Shown piece after piece: positions 1 to 9,081 of a DNA stretch of 64,000 nt. The stretch lies in NCBI GenBank assembly GCA_964466575.1, contig CAYXNP010000005.1:3938-67937 (forward strand), read 5' to 3'. Source of the stretch: Candidatus Woesearchaeota archaeon. GTDB taxonomy: Archaea > Nanobdellota > Nanobdellia > Pacearchaeales > GW2011-AR1. Made by a program: the position numbers and the translations under genes. The notes under the pieces were generated by a model, which did not search any database, was not told the origin of the DNA, and worked only from the letters and a program-made list of their open reading frames with translations. The number at the start of each line of letters is the position of its first letter. Positions within the stretch are counted from its first letter, which is position 1.

Positions 1-4
1 CATT

Positions 5-1024
5 TTATGAGTATAATTCATTTAATAGCGTAGAATCAACAATTTCATTGGAATCAATTTCTGAAGTGATTATACCGTCTTCCTTATAGATTTCTACAGC
101 TTTTTTTGTTAATTCATGTATGTTTAATTTAGAAGATGTCCCAAACTTTTCTAAATTCTGATTGTAATCTAAAAATCTTACTGTTTTAATTTGTAGTTTA
201 AAATCTTCTACTGGCAAACCTAAGTTTTTAGCCATAATTTTATTAGCTTCATCTGGATTAGATTCTATAAACTCTATTGAATCAAACCAAGCTCTAACTA
301 CTGCTTTTATATCACCGTTTCTTGATTCTAAAATATCCGTTCTAACTATAAATGTGTCAGTTATAATTCCAGGAATATCTTTACTTGAGAAGAATAGTCT
401 TCCATCTTTTCTTTCTGAAGCTTTTGATAACCAAGGTTCCCAACTCATCCCATAATCTATCTGTTTAGAAAAAAAAGCTGCTCCTACTTGATCTGCGCCC
501 ATGTCCACAATAGTTACATCTCCATTTTCAAATCCTGCTTGTTCGGTTAGAAATCTAAATAAAAAGTGTGAAGGATAACCTTTTCCAAGATAGATCGTTT
601 TTCCTTTTAGATCTTCAATTGAATTTACATCATTTTTAACTAATAATCCATCGGAACCATAACCAATATCTGATGCAAATATCTCTTTTACATCCACTCC
701 TGCATCTTTAACTATAGGTGTAAAATCTGCTGAACTAAAAAGCATCTGTACATCATTACTTTCTAAAAGAGAGATGGCTTGATTCGGATCTGAAATTAAA
801 ACAACTTCAGCATTTACTCCTTGATTCTCAAAAAATCCCTTTTCTTCAGCTATATAGAAAGGTGCAAATCCAGGATAATTGATTATGCCAATTCTTATTG
901 GTTTTTTATTCTCAATAATTTTTTCTGTTGCCCTCTCTTTAACTGTGAACATGAAAATATTTCCAATCATTAAAGTTAAAACTAGAATAATCAGCATACT
1001 GATAAGAATATTTTTTGTTATCAT
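5..1024 (-). CDS. ABC transporter substrate-binding protein, NMT1/THI5/SsuA-like
   Basis: N-terminal membrane anchor; PFYIAEEKGFFENQG, DLKGK and WEPW motifs typical of this binding-protein family. Confidence 0.8.
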   Translation of the reverse strand: MITKNILISMLIILVLTLMIGNIFMFTVKERATEKIIENKKPIRIGIINYPGFAPFYIAEEKGFFENQGVNAEVVLISDPNQAISLLESNDVQMLFSSADFTPIVKDAGVDVKEIFASDIGYGSDGLLVKNDVNSIEDLKGKTIYLGKGYPSHFLFRFLTEQAGFENGDVTIVDMGADQVGAAFFSKQIDYGMSWEPWLSKASERKDGRLFFSSKDIPGIITDTFIVRTDILESRNGDIKAVVRAWFDSIEFIESNPDEANKIMAKNLGLPVEDFKLQIKTVRFLDYNQNLEKFGTSSKLNIHELTKKAVEIYKEDGIITSEIDSNEIVDSTLLNELYS

Positions 1025-1082
1025 TTTTTACTCCTTAGTAATTAATATTAATATCACAAAAAACTATATAAATACTTAATTC

Positions 1083-1096
1083 GTATGATATCATAC
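1083..1096. promoter_or_regulatory. Putative TrmB-family operator (perfect 14-bp palindrome)
   Basis: GTATGATATCATAC lies 4 bp before the regulator ATG, in the divergent intergenic region. Confidence 0.45.
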
Positions 1097-1100
1097 TAAT

Positions 1101-1829
1101 ATGAATAAGGAAATATTAAAACAAATTGGATTGACAGAATATGAGACAAGGGTGTATTTAGCTCTGCTTTCAAAAGGCCAGAACTCAGCATATGAACTCG
1201 CAGAAAAAGCCGGATTATATAGACAAGTAACTTATGATTCACTTAAACGATTAATGGAAAAAGGATTTGTAAGTTCTGTTATAGAGGGAAAAACAAAGTT
1301 ATTCAAAGCGATTGATCCAAAGTTAATCTTAGAATATCTAAACGAAAAGACTGAAAGCTTTAAACAAATTCTTCCAGAGCTTTCTAAATTAAATGAAGCA
1401 TCAAAACAATCATTAGTTGTAGAAACTTATAAGGGAAAAAATGTTGTGGGAATTGCTTTAAAAGATATAATCAATAATCTAAAGAATTCTAAAAATAAAG
1501 AAGTTTTATGCACTGCGGTTGACGAATACATTCCGGAAAAAGAATTTGAATTGGTCGTTGCGCAATATGAACGCGACTTATTGTATTATAAAATTAAAGA
1601 AAGAGTTATAATTCAGGAAGGAGCAAAAGGCATTTTCCAAAAAGGAAGTTCTTCATACAAAAAAGTTCCAAAAAAGTTTTTTAATGAAAACCCTATTCAA
1701 ATTTATGAGGACAATGTACAGATGTTAATATGGGGAAATCCTAATCATCTTATAATAATTAGAAATAAAAGTGTTGCAGATTCGTACAGGAAACAATTTG
1801 AATTAATATGGAGTGTTGCAAAGAAATGA
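1101..1829 (+). CDS. TrmB-family transcriptional regulator
   Basis: LKQIGLTEYETRVYLALL winged-HTH start, with a C-terminal effector-like domain. Confidence 0.85.
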   Translation: MNKEILKQIGLTEYETRVYLALLSKGQNSAYELAEKAGLYRQVTYDSLKRLMEKGFVSSVIEGKTKLFKAIDPKLILEYLNEKTESFKQILPELSKLNEASKQSLVVETYKGKNVVGIALKDIINNLKNSKNKEVLCTAVDEYIPEKEFELVVAQYERDLLYYKIKERVIIQEGAKGIFQKGSSSYKKVPKKFFNENPIQIYEDNVQMLIWGNPNHLIIIRNKSVADSYRKQFELIWSVAKK

Positions 1830-2173
1830 TAATTAAAATAAAAAATAAAGAGGTTAGCTTAGATGTGAAAAAAGTCTCTGGCTTTAAAAAATTCTCGGGC
1901 CTAATGTTTTCTCGAAGAGAAAAAGCTTCTCCGCTTCTTTTTGATTTTCAAAAACCAACTAAAACAACATTTCATTCGCTGTTTTGTTTTTTTCCATTCT
2001 TGATAATTTGGCTTGACAAAGACAATAATGTCTTAGAAAAAAGAATTTGCAAGCCATTTCTGCCGACGATAAAACCAAGAAACTCATTTGTAAAAGTTGT
2101 TGAGATTCCTTTAAACAAAAAATATTCAAAATTGGTAAAAGAAATCATCGACGAGGAAAGGTTTAAATACTAA
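1826..2173 (+). CDS. DUF192-like protein
   Basis: GLMF...LLFDF...HSLFCFFP...WLD...VVEIP pattern; ATGA overlap with the trmB stop. Confidence 0.7.
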   Translation: MIIKIKNKEVSLDVKKVSGFKKFSGLMFSRREKASPLLFDFQKPTKTTFHSLFCFFPFLIIWLDKDNNVLEKRICKPFLPTIKPRNSFVKVVEIPLNKKYSKLVKEIIDEERFKY

Positions 2174-2226
2174 TTTAGTTTTAATTTTATAAATAATAAT
2201 TAAAAGGAGGTCAATAAAAATAAAAA

Positions 2227-2385
2227 ATGGGCACAGTAATCGCAAAAAACATTGTAAAACGAAAATCAGGATATCTTTACTATGTTGACGGAAAAGGAAA
2301 CGTATGTGAAGCAAAGATGGCTCGAGGCGGCAAAAAGAAAAAGAAACCAGCAAAGAAGAAAGCTGCTAAAAAGAAAAGAAGATAA
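2227..2385 (+). CDS. 52-aa basic protein with Lys/Ala-rich tail (below the ORF-track cutoff)
   Basis: MGTVIAKNIVKRKSGYLYYVDGKGNVCEAKMARGGKKKKKPAKKKAAKKKRR; strong AGGAGGT Shine-Dalgarno upstream and a T-rich tract downstream. Confidence 0.85.
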   Translation: MGTVIAKNIVKRKSGYLYYVDGKGNVCEAKMARGGKKKKKPAKKKAAKKKRR

Positions 2386-2460
2386 ATCTTAATTTTTATT
2401 TTATTTTTTATATTTTTATTGATTAGTTAATTTTTTAATATACAATTTCTCTCTATTTAT

Positions 2461-2946
2461 ATGGCAACAATTTTAGGAAGAGATAATCTCAAAAAAACAA
2501 CTAAAGACATAATTGAAAAGTCTTTTCCTTTACTAAAACACAAAAAATTTTATCTATATACTACCAAATCTAAAAAATATGTTGGCGGTGCAACTAAACT
2601 TCCATTTATTAATGTTATTAGAATTAATAAAAAATTGTTAAATGATAACCAATATTTAATTGGAGTTTTATCTCATGAATTGAGCCATTTAGAAAGATTT
2701 ACAAAAATGGGATGGATCAAATACTTTTTTGTGGGTATATCATATTGGATAAACGGTTCTGCAAGAACAAAAGAAGAAATGGAAGTAAACAAATTATCAA
2801 TAAGAAAAGGATATGCAAAAGAACTTTATTACGCTATGGTTAAAAATGAACAAAACCCTTACGCTAAGAAAATAAGAAAATATTATATGACTCCAAGTGA
2901 AATTAAATCATATGCAATAAAAATAAAAAAATGGCAACAATTTTAG
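2461..2946 (+). CDS. Hypothetical HExxH (zincin-like) protein
   Basis: SHELSHLE motif; its first 6 codons are identical to the kae1 start. Confidence 0.65.
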   Translation: MATILGRDNLKKTTKDIIEKSFPLLKHKKFYLYTTKSKKYVGGATKLPFINVIRINKKLLNDNQYLIGVLSHELSHLERFTKMGWIKYFFVGISYWINGSARTKEEMEVNKLSIRKGYAKELYYAMVKNEQNPYAKKIRKYYMTPSEIKSYAIKIKKWQQF

Positions 2947-2949
2947 GAA
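2461..2949 (+). repeat. 19-bp exact direct repeat (2461-2479 and 2931-2949) bounding a 470-bp cassette
   Basis: ATGGCAACAATTTTAGGAA occurs at both positions. Confidence 0.9.
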
Positions 2950-4061
2950 TTGAATCAACAGCACACACTTTTGGAATTGGAATTGTGAAAGACGGAAAAA
3001 TCTTAGCAAACAAAAAACACACTTACACGACTGAGAAAGGAGGAATAATACCAATAGACGCGGCAAAGCATCATGAAATACACAAGCACGAATTATATTT
3101 TGAAGCAGTAACAGAAGCAAACATCGACGAGAAACAAATTGACGCGATTGCATTTTCACAAGGTCCAGGATTATCTCCATGTCTTCTTGAAGGATTAAAA
3201 TTCGCAAAAGAACTTTCTAAAAAATTAAACAAACCTTTGGTTCCAGTAAACCATTGCGTTGCACATTTAGAAATTGGAAAATTAACCGGTGCTAAAAACC
3301 CTGTTTTACTTTACGCGTCAGGCGCAAACACACAAATCATTGCCTACGCATCCGGCAAATACAGAGTCTTCGGAGAAACTCTCGATCTCGGCATCGGAAA
3401 TTTCATTGATACTTTCGCGCGAGAATGTGGAATAGGATTTCCCGGCGGCCCAAAAATCGAAGAGCTCGCAAAAAAATCCTCAGAAAAAAATTACATAGAA
3501 CTACCCTACATCGTAAAAGGAATGGACGTCGCATTCTCTGGAATTTTGACAAATTTGAAACAAAAATTAGAAAAAATGAATAAAAATAATTTACCCTCCT
3601 CACAAACTCGTGAGTTATTAAAAAATGTTAGTCTAGATTCATCTGATGATTACATAAATCAAGTTAACAATCTCAAAAGATTTCGAGCGAAGCGAGACAA
3701 ATCAAATAAACCAAATTACACCCTCGAAGATCTTTGTTTCTCACTTCAAGAAACAGTTTTCGCAATGCTCGTCGAGGTTTCTGAAAGAGCAATGGCTCAT
3801 ACTGGAAAAAAGGAATTAGTTTTAGGCGGCGGAGTCGCATGCAACAAACGCCTTCAAGAAATGTGCAAAACAATGTGTAAAGAGCGAGGAGCAAAATTTT
3901 TCACAGTCCCAAATTCCCTTCTCGTCGACAACGGCGCAATGATTGCTTATCTTGGCGAAATTGAATTTAAATCTGGAATAAAATTCGAAGGAAAAAAAGC
4001 ACAAGAATTAGATATTCTTCCTCGACAAAGAACCAACGACGTCGACGTTAGTTGGAGATAG
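2931..4061 (+). CDS. kae1: KEOPS t6A synthase Kae1, with a ~42-aa in-frame insertion
   Basis: LGIESTAHT, GPGL, VNHCVAHLE, SGANT, GGVACN and DNGAMIA motifs. Confidence 0.97.
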   Translation: MATILGIESTAHTFGIGIVKDGKILANKKHTYTTEKGGIIPIDAAKHHEIHKHELYFEAVTEANIDEKQIDAIAFSQGPGLSPCLLEGLKFAKELSKKLNKPLVPVNHCVAHLEIGKLTGAKNPVLLYASGANTQIIAYASGKYRVFGETLDLGIGNFIDTFARECGIGFPGGPKIEELAKKSSEKNYIELPYIVKGMDVAFSGILTNLKQKLEKMNKNNLPSSQTRELLKNVSLDSSDDYINQVNNLKRFRAKRDKSNKPNYTLEDLCFSLQETVFAMLVEVSERAMAHTGKKELVLGGGVACNKRLQEMCKTMCKERGAKFFTVPNSLLVDNGAMIAYLGEIEFKSGIKFEGKKAQELDILPRQRTNDVDVSWR

Positions 4062-4063
4062 AA

Positions 4064-4359
4064 ATGGTAATTAAATTTCAAACAAAGGATGAAACAGGCA
4101 GAACACTAAGAATGACCGATTGGAATTGGATACATATAATTAGAAGACATCCAGAAATATCTTCTGAAAAAGAAAGAATAATTGAAACAATTGAAAATCC
4201 AGACAAAATATTGCCCTCTTTAAAAGATGAAAATGTTAGATATTATTACAAATATTATAAAGAGAGATATTCAATGAATAAATTTATGATGGTTTTAGTT
4301 AAATATTAAACGGCGATGGATTTATCATATCATCACATTTCGTTAGAAATATAAAATAA
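4064..4359 (+). pseudogene. Frameshifted RelE/DUF4258-like toxin
   Basis: WIHIIRRHPE motif; premature TAA at 4307-4309; adding one T gives a continuation KYLNGDGFIISSHFVRNIK ending just before the next gene. Confidence 0.65.
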
Positions 4360-4360
4360 A

Positions 4361-4606
4361 ATGAAAGAAGCTATTGATGTTTATTATGATGAAGAAACAG
4401 ACTACTTAGAAGTTTCATTCGGCGCTCCGCCGGAAACAGAATACACCGAACAATATGAATCAGAAGTTTTAATTACGCGGGATACAAAAACAAATGAAGT
4501 AAAAAGTATAGGTATTGTAGCATTCAAAAAAAGAACCGATATCCTCAAATCAATTCTTAAAAAAATTGGAATGTCTATTCCTCTAGATATTTCTATCCCA
4601 AAATAA
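4361..4606 (+). CDS. DUF2283-like putative antitoxin
   Basis: VYYDEETDYLEVSF...ITRD...IGI pattern. Confidence 0.7.
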   Translation: MKEAIDVYYDEETDYLEVSFGAPPETEYTEQYESEVLITRDTKTNEVKSIGIVAFKKRTDILKSILKKIGMSIPLDISIPK

Positions 4607-4630
4607 TTAAGTTTAATTAAACAACAAAAT

Positions 4631-4678
4631 TTGCCGGGGCAGAGGACGGATGATGTTGATGTGAGTTGGAAAAATTAA
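4631..4678 (+). pseudogene. Displaced relic copy of the kae1 3' end
   Basis: Translates LPGQRTDDVDVSWKN*, versus the Kae1 end LPRQRTNDVDVSWR*. Confidence 0.85.
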
Positions 4679-5508
4679 TCCATTCTTTGTGATTGTTTCC
4701 AAAATGACTGGAACATAAAAAGATCTTTACCTGTGTATCTTTTCTGCTCCTCTGTACAAGATGTACAATCTGACCAGATTGCTTTATCTGTAATCATCTC
4801 TTTTAGTTTGATTAAATCGTTGCTGTTGATTATGCCATCGCCTTTTTTTAATGCGGTTATGGGATAAAGGTCATATTTAGAAAAAAAGTTTATTGTTGGT
4901 GTGGGAGTTGGTGTTGGTGTTTCATAAATAATTTCTTCTATTGTTGTCGTAAGATTGACTGTACCACTCATTGCTGCTTCTGGATAATCTCCAGACAGTT
5001 CAACATTCTTCCCATCTACTGCTATGTAGTAAAATGTCCCAGGTACCGCTTCAAATGTAACTTTGCTCCTACTTTCGTTCATATTAAAATCAATATCATC
5101 ATTTGCTACAACTTCTGTTAAAGTTTTATCTTCATTCAATGTATAAACAGCCATGATAGTATCAAAATCGCTCCTTATCGTATCAATACTTACGATCGTC
5201 CTGTAATCTATTACTTCATATCTGAACCATATAGATTTTCCCCCTGGATTACCTGCATGACCTGTTTCTGCCACCACCCCATTAATTAAACGCCCCGGTT
5301 GATTCTGAATTGTTGCCTCATTATTTGTGTACCCGGACATTTCTTCATCTTGACCAAATGCCGTTGCATTCTCAAAATCATCATTTGGTAAAAGTGATTT
5401 AGATATCTCATCCTTTGGCTTTGCATTCACAATATATTTATCTGCATAAACTGTAGAAAGACCGCCTAATGCCAATCCTAATCCAACAATTACTTCAAGT
5501 GTTCTCAT
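4675..5508 (-). CDS. Secreted or surface protein with PPC-like domain, TP-repeat linker and dockerin/EF-hand-like end
   Basis: Signal peptide; NDDF, FDTIMAVY, YYIAVDG, TPTPTPTPT and GDGIINSNDL motifs. Confidence 0.65.
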   Translation of the reverse strand: MRTLEVIVGLGLALGGLSTVYADKYIVNAKPKDEISKSLLPNDDFENATAFGQDEEMSGYTNNEATIQNQPGRLINGVVAETGHAGNPGGKSIWFRYEVIDYRTIVSIDTIRSDFDTIMAVYTLNEDKTLTEVVANDDIDFNMNESRSKVTFEAVPGTFYYIAVDGKNVELSGDYPEAAMSGTVNLTTTIEEIIYETPTPTPTPTINFFSKYDLYPITALKKGDGIINSNDLIKLKEMITDKAIWSDCTSCTEEQKRYTGKDLFMFQSFWKQSQRMD

Positions 5509-5804
5509 TATCAACGAAAAGAAATCCTATTTTTAAGCTTTTTGATGAATGCTCGCAAGCGCAGATCTATGTTTAATATCATGATAAAAATAACCCTTCT
5601 TTAATAATCACTCAACATCACAACAATTGCACTCCTCCAAAGTCGTCGTGTTATTAACCCTATGTTAACTCTGCGACATTTGAAAGGAAGGTTAAGCGAA
5701 GGAAACCTTGGTGTCCTCGCGCAGCAAATTATTAATTGAAACAGAATTTGAGCAAAAGATTAAAAGTAAATGATGTTAAGATTCATGGTTTACTTTATAG
5801 TAAA

Positions 5805-7613
5805 TTATGTAGATATAAATTCTGAAATAGGAATTCCATACTTCCCCATTTCTTCGTGGATTTTTACTTTTAATGTTTCGTATTGTTCAGTAGCTTCTTT
5901 TCTAAAATCCCTATGAAGTTCATGGCATTTTTCTTCAGCGCTTTTTAAAATTGAGTCTGCTCTTTTTCTCACCTGCCTGACTTTCTCCTTAACATCACAT
6001 CTTTGAGAAAGATTTTCAAGATAAGTTGAAAATTGCTCGTAAAGTGTTTCTGTTTGTTTTGTAAAACCATGTGCATCAGACAAAGCGCGAGTTATTGCCT
6101 TATAATGGTCCAATTTAATTGAATTTGATACAGCGTCGGGAAAATACCGTGGATTTGTTGCAAGAGTCCCTAATAAATATTTGGTATACTCAACAACATC
6201 TGGAGCAAAAAGATGATTTCGCAAGGACCTTCCAAAAGCAACCATGCCTTCAAGATTTAAATGGGAGACTCTTTTTATTGGGCCTTTATTTCTTTGTAAA
6301 ACTCTATCCCTATCGTAAAAATTCTTGGGGTCAAACAATTTCTCAAGCATATCCACATATCCTTCAATCAAAAATTTTTCATCAAGTTTTGGTTTAAAAT
6401 TTAAACTTAATTGATGAGTATTATCTCCTTTTGTTTGTGTACGCAAACGCCCCTCTTTTTCAAGCCGCTCATAAAGCGGAGTGCCTTTTGACGCAATTAG
6501 CAAACCTGGCATTGGAATTACTATCCCTGCTGTTTGAATAAACTCATATAATTTTTCAAAAACATCTGGCTTGTCTTCATCGCTTCCGACGATAAAACCG
6601 CTGGAAACATTAAGTCCTGCCTTTTGCATTCTCTGAACAGATTCTAATGGAGACATTTTTGTATTTTGCCTTTTACCCATTCCTTTAAGAACATCTTCAT
6701 CAACAGATTCTAAACCAATAAAAACTTCTTCAAATCCTGCCTTAACCATCTTCTCAAGAATATCTTTATTTTCATCAAACGCCAAATCCAAACTTGCTTG
6801 AGTAAACAATGGATATGGAAATTCATTATCTTTTTGCCACTTTTCCAAATAAGGCAAGAACTCTCTAAGATTTTTCACATTTCCCATTAAGTTATCATCT
6901 AAAACCATAACCGAACCCATAAATCCAGTATCCTTTACTGCTTGAAATTCATGTATCATTTGTTCAGGAGATTTTGTCCTCGGAATTCGTCCGTTTAAAA
7001 CAACTACATCACAAAATTCACAATTATATTTGCATCCGCGGGAATATTGAATTCCTACAGAATTATAATCACCTAATCTTAATAAATCCCAGCGAGGAAT
7101 CGGCGTCGACGACAAATCGGGCTTGCCGTTTCTCAATAAAGGAATATTAAAACGCCCTTGACTAATAACATCTTCTTCTGTATAAAAATGTCTTGCGTTT
7201 CCACTTTTGAAATCTTCTAAAAACGCAGGAAGTATTAACTCTGCTTCTCCTCGAAAAACAAAATCTGCTTTTGAATTTTCAGGATAAGATGATGGACCTG
7301 GCCCGCCGTCAAGAACAGGAACTCCATAAAAATGCGCTCTATCAACAATTTCATCTCGTGAACCTTCCTGAATTTTCATTGACGAAATCCCCAATAAATC
7401 TGCGCTTCTAATTTTCTCTTCAGTTAATTCTTCAACATTCAAATCAATAATTCTCTGAACTTCAAAATCTTCCTGAGGAAACATTGAAGCAACAGTTGCT
7501 GCGCCCGTCGGAGTCATAACCCATTTTTTCCCAACATATTTCAATGATTCTCTAAAACTCCAAAATGTATCTGGAAATTCAGGATAAACAATTTGAATTT
7601 TTGCTCTTAACAT
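5805..7613 (-). CDS. B12-binding-domain radical SAM protein (DUF4070-type C-terminus)
   Basis: RGCKYNCEFC CxxxCxxC motif; YPEFPDTFWSF N-terminus; FIGLES. Confidence 0.9.
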   Translation of the reverse strand: MLRAKIQIVYPEFPDTFWSFRESLKYVGKKWVMTPTGAATVASMFPQEDFEVQRIIDLNVEELTEEKIRSADLLGISSMKIQEGSRDEIVDRAHFYGVPVLDGGPGPSSYPENSKADFVFRGEAELILPAFLEDFKSGNARHFYTEEDVISQGRFNIPLLRNGKPDLSSTPIPRWDLLRLGDYNSVGIQYSRGCKYNCEFCDVVVLNGRIPRTKSPEQMIHEFQAVKDTGFMGSVMVLDDNLMGNVKNLREFLPYLEKWQKDNEFPYPLFTQASLDLAFDENKDILEKMVKAGFEEVFIGLESVDEDVLKGMGKRQNTKMSPLESVQRMQKAGLNVSSGFIVGSDEDKPDVFEKLYEFIQTAGIVIPMPGLLIASKGTPLYERLEKEGRLRTQTKGDNTHQLSLNFKPKLDEKFLIEGYVDMLEKLFDPKNFYDRDRVLQRNKGPIKRVSHLNLEGMVAFGRSLRNHLFAPDVVEYTKYLLGTLATNPRYFPDAVSNSIKLDHYKAITRALSDAHGFTKQTETLYEQFSTYLENLSQRCDVKEKVRQVRKRADSILKSAEEKCHELHRDFRKEATEQYETLKVKIHEEMGKYGIPISEFIST

Positions 7614-7785
7614 ATAAATTACATAAATAATAAGTATAAATAATTTATTCTTATTCAATCCTAACTAATCAAACATTATTCGGGCGGTGTTTTTTCATAG
7701 CAACATTTAAAAACCAAATTTTTCATACTATTTTATCCAATGACTAAATGGAGGATATTATTCTCTAAGTTTTTGGGTTATCAAT

Positions 7786-8088
7786 ATGGCAGACATTTAT
7801 TCAATAGTCGAGAAAGCGCGAAAATCTGGAAAAATAGAAAAAGGCACAAACGAAGTTACAAAAGCGATTGAACGAGAAACTGCAAAGTTAGTTGTCTACG
7901 CTTCTGACGTCGAGCCAAAAGAAATTATCCAGCACATTCCAATTTTGTGCAAAGAAAAAAACATAAAATGTCAGGAAATTGATTCTAAACAAAAATTAGG
8001 AATTGCAGCAGGTTTGCAGGTTGCAACTTCAAGTGTTGCCGTTATTGAAGCTGGCGACGCTAAAAACGAAATAAATTCTTTGAAATAA
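7786..8088 (+). CDS. rpl7ae: Ribosomal protein L7Ae
   Basis: GKIEKGTNEVTKAIER...DVEP motif. Confidence 0.95.
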   Translation: MADIYSIVEKARKSGKIEKGTNEVTKAIERETAKLVVYASDVEPKEIIQHIPILCKEKNIKCQEIDSKQKLGIAAGLQVATSSVAVIEAGDAKNEINSLK

Positions 8089-8092
8089 TAAA

Positions 8093-8338
8093 ATGGCAGC
8101 TCAAACACAAAATGTATTCGCTGAAACAAGAACTTTTTGTATCAAGGGATATTATGAAAAAGGCGGTAATATATTTAATCCCATTTCAGAATTAGAAAAA
8201 AGAAATTATACTTCAAAAGATAGATTTGGTGCATTAGCCCAAGCAAAAGAAGATGGATTAGTTCAATTAGCTTCAATTACAGATGTAACTCCTAAAATAA
8301 TAACTAAAGTGCAGGGAATGACTATTTACGGAAATTAA
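8093..8338 (+). CDS. Hypothetical protein between rpl7ae and rps28e
   Basis: 81-aa ORF tightly coupled to both neighbours; no motif recognised. Confidence 0.65.
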   Translation: MAAQTQNVFAETRTFCIKGYYEKGGNIFNPISELEKRNYTSKDRFGALAQAKEDGLVQLASITDVTPKIITKVQGMTIYGN

Positions 8339-8339
8339 A

Positions 8340-8651
8340 ATGGCAAAATCACAAAGACCACAAGATAAGAAATCACAACAAGGACAAAGTAAGCAAGGTG
8401 GATCTAGAAGCGATAAAATCGTAACTGGCGAAGCAGCACCTGGCCATGTTGAAGAAATTATTGGAAGAACAGGATTTCGTGGCGAGATAACGCAGGTAAA
8501 AGTAAAAGTCCTCGAAGGACGAGACCAAGGCCGTTCAATGAGACGAAATGTCAAAGGCCCAATAAGATTAAACGACGTTCTTATGTTAAGAGAAACAGAA
8601 ATCGAAGCGCGAAGAATTAAATCAAAAGTTTCAAAGGGAGCGTATACTTAA
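8340..8651 (+). CDS. rps28e: Ribosomal protein S28e with polar N-terminal extension
   Basis: IGRTG...TQVKV...[24 protein letters not shown]. Confidence 0.95.
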   Translation: MAKSQRPQDKKSQQGQSKQGGSRSDKIVTGEAAPGHVEEIIGRTGFRGEITQVKVKVLEGRDQGRSMRRNVKGPIRLNDVLMLRETEIEARRIKSKVSKGAYT

Positions 8652-8911
8652 TGCCTAAATGCAGTTATTGCGGACACGATTACGACATCCCACGAGGATT
8701 AACTTATGTTTTAATAGATGGCACAGTAAAACATTTATGTTCTTCAAAATGCAGAAAAAATATGTTAATGAAAAGACGAAAAGTTCGTTGGATTACAAAG
8801 AAACAAAAAGACGGTTCTGAGAGTACAATCAAAAAGATTAATGTTATTAAGAAAAAGAGTAAAAAGAAAATTACTAAAAAGAAAAAATCTGGTTCTAAGA
8901 AAAATAAATGA
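8651..8911 (+). CDS. rpl24e: Ribosomal protein L24e with Lys-rich tail
   Basis: CSYCG...G...CSSKC...VRW. Confidence 0.93.
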   Translation: MPKCSYCGHDYDIPRGLTYVLIDGTVKHLCSSKCRKNMLMKRRKVRWITKKQKDGSESTIKKINVIKKKSKKKITKKKKSGSKKNK

Positions 8912-9081
8912 TTTCCCTCGACGAAGTCAAATCAAAATCAAGATTTAACCCCATTAACCCCTAATCCCATTAAATTTTGACAGCAAGGTTTTTAAACTCT
9001 ATTGAATTTTTTATAAGATAACTCCGTTTCTCGACGGAAAATCTGATTACAAAAATAAATAGTTATTGAAAAATATCCAAA

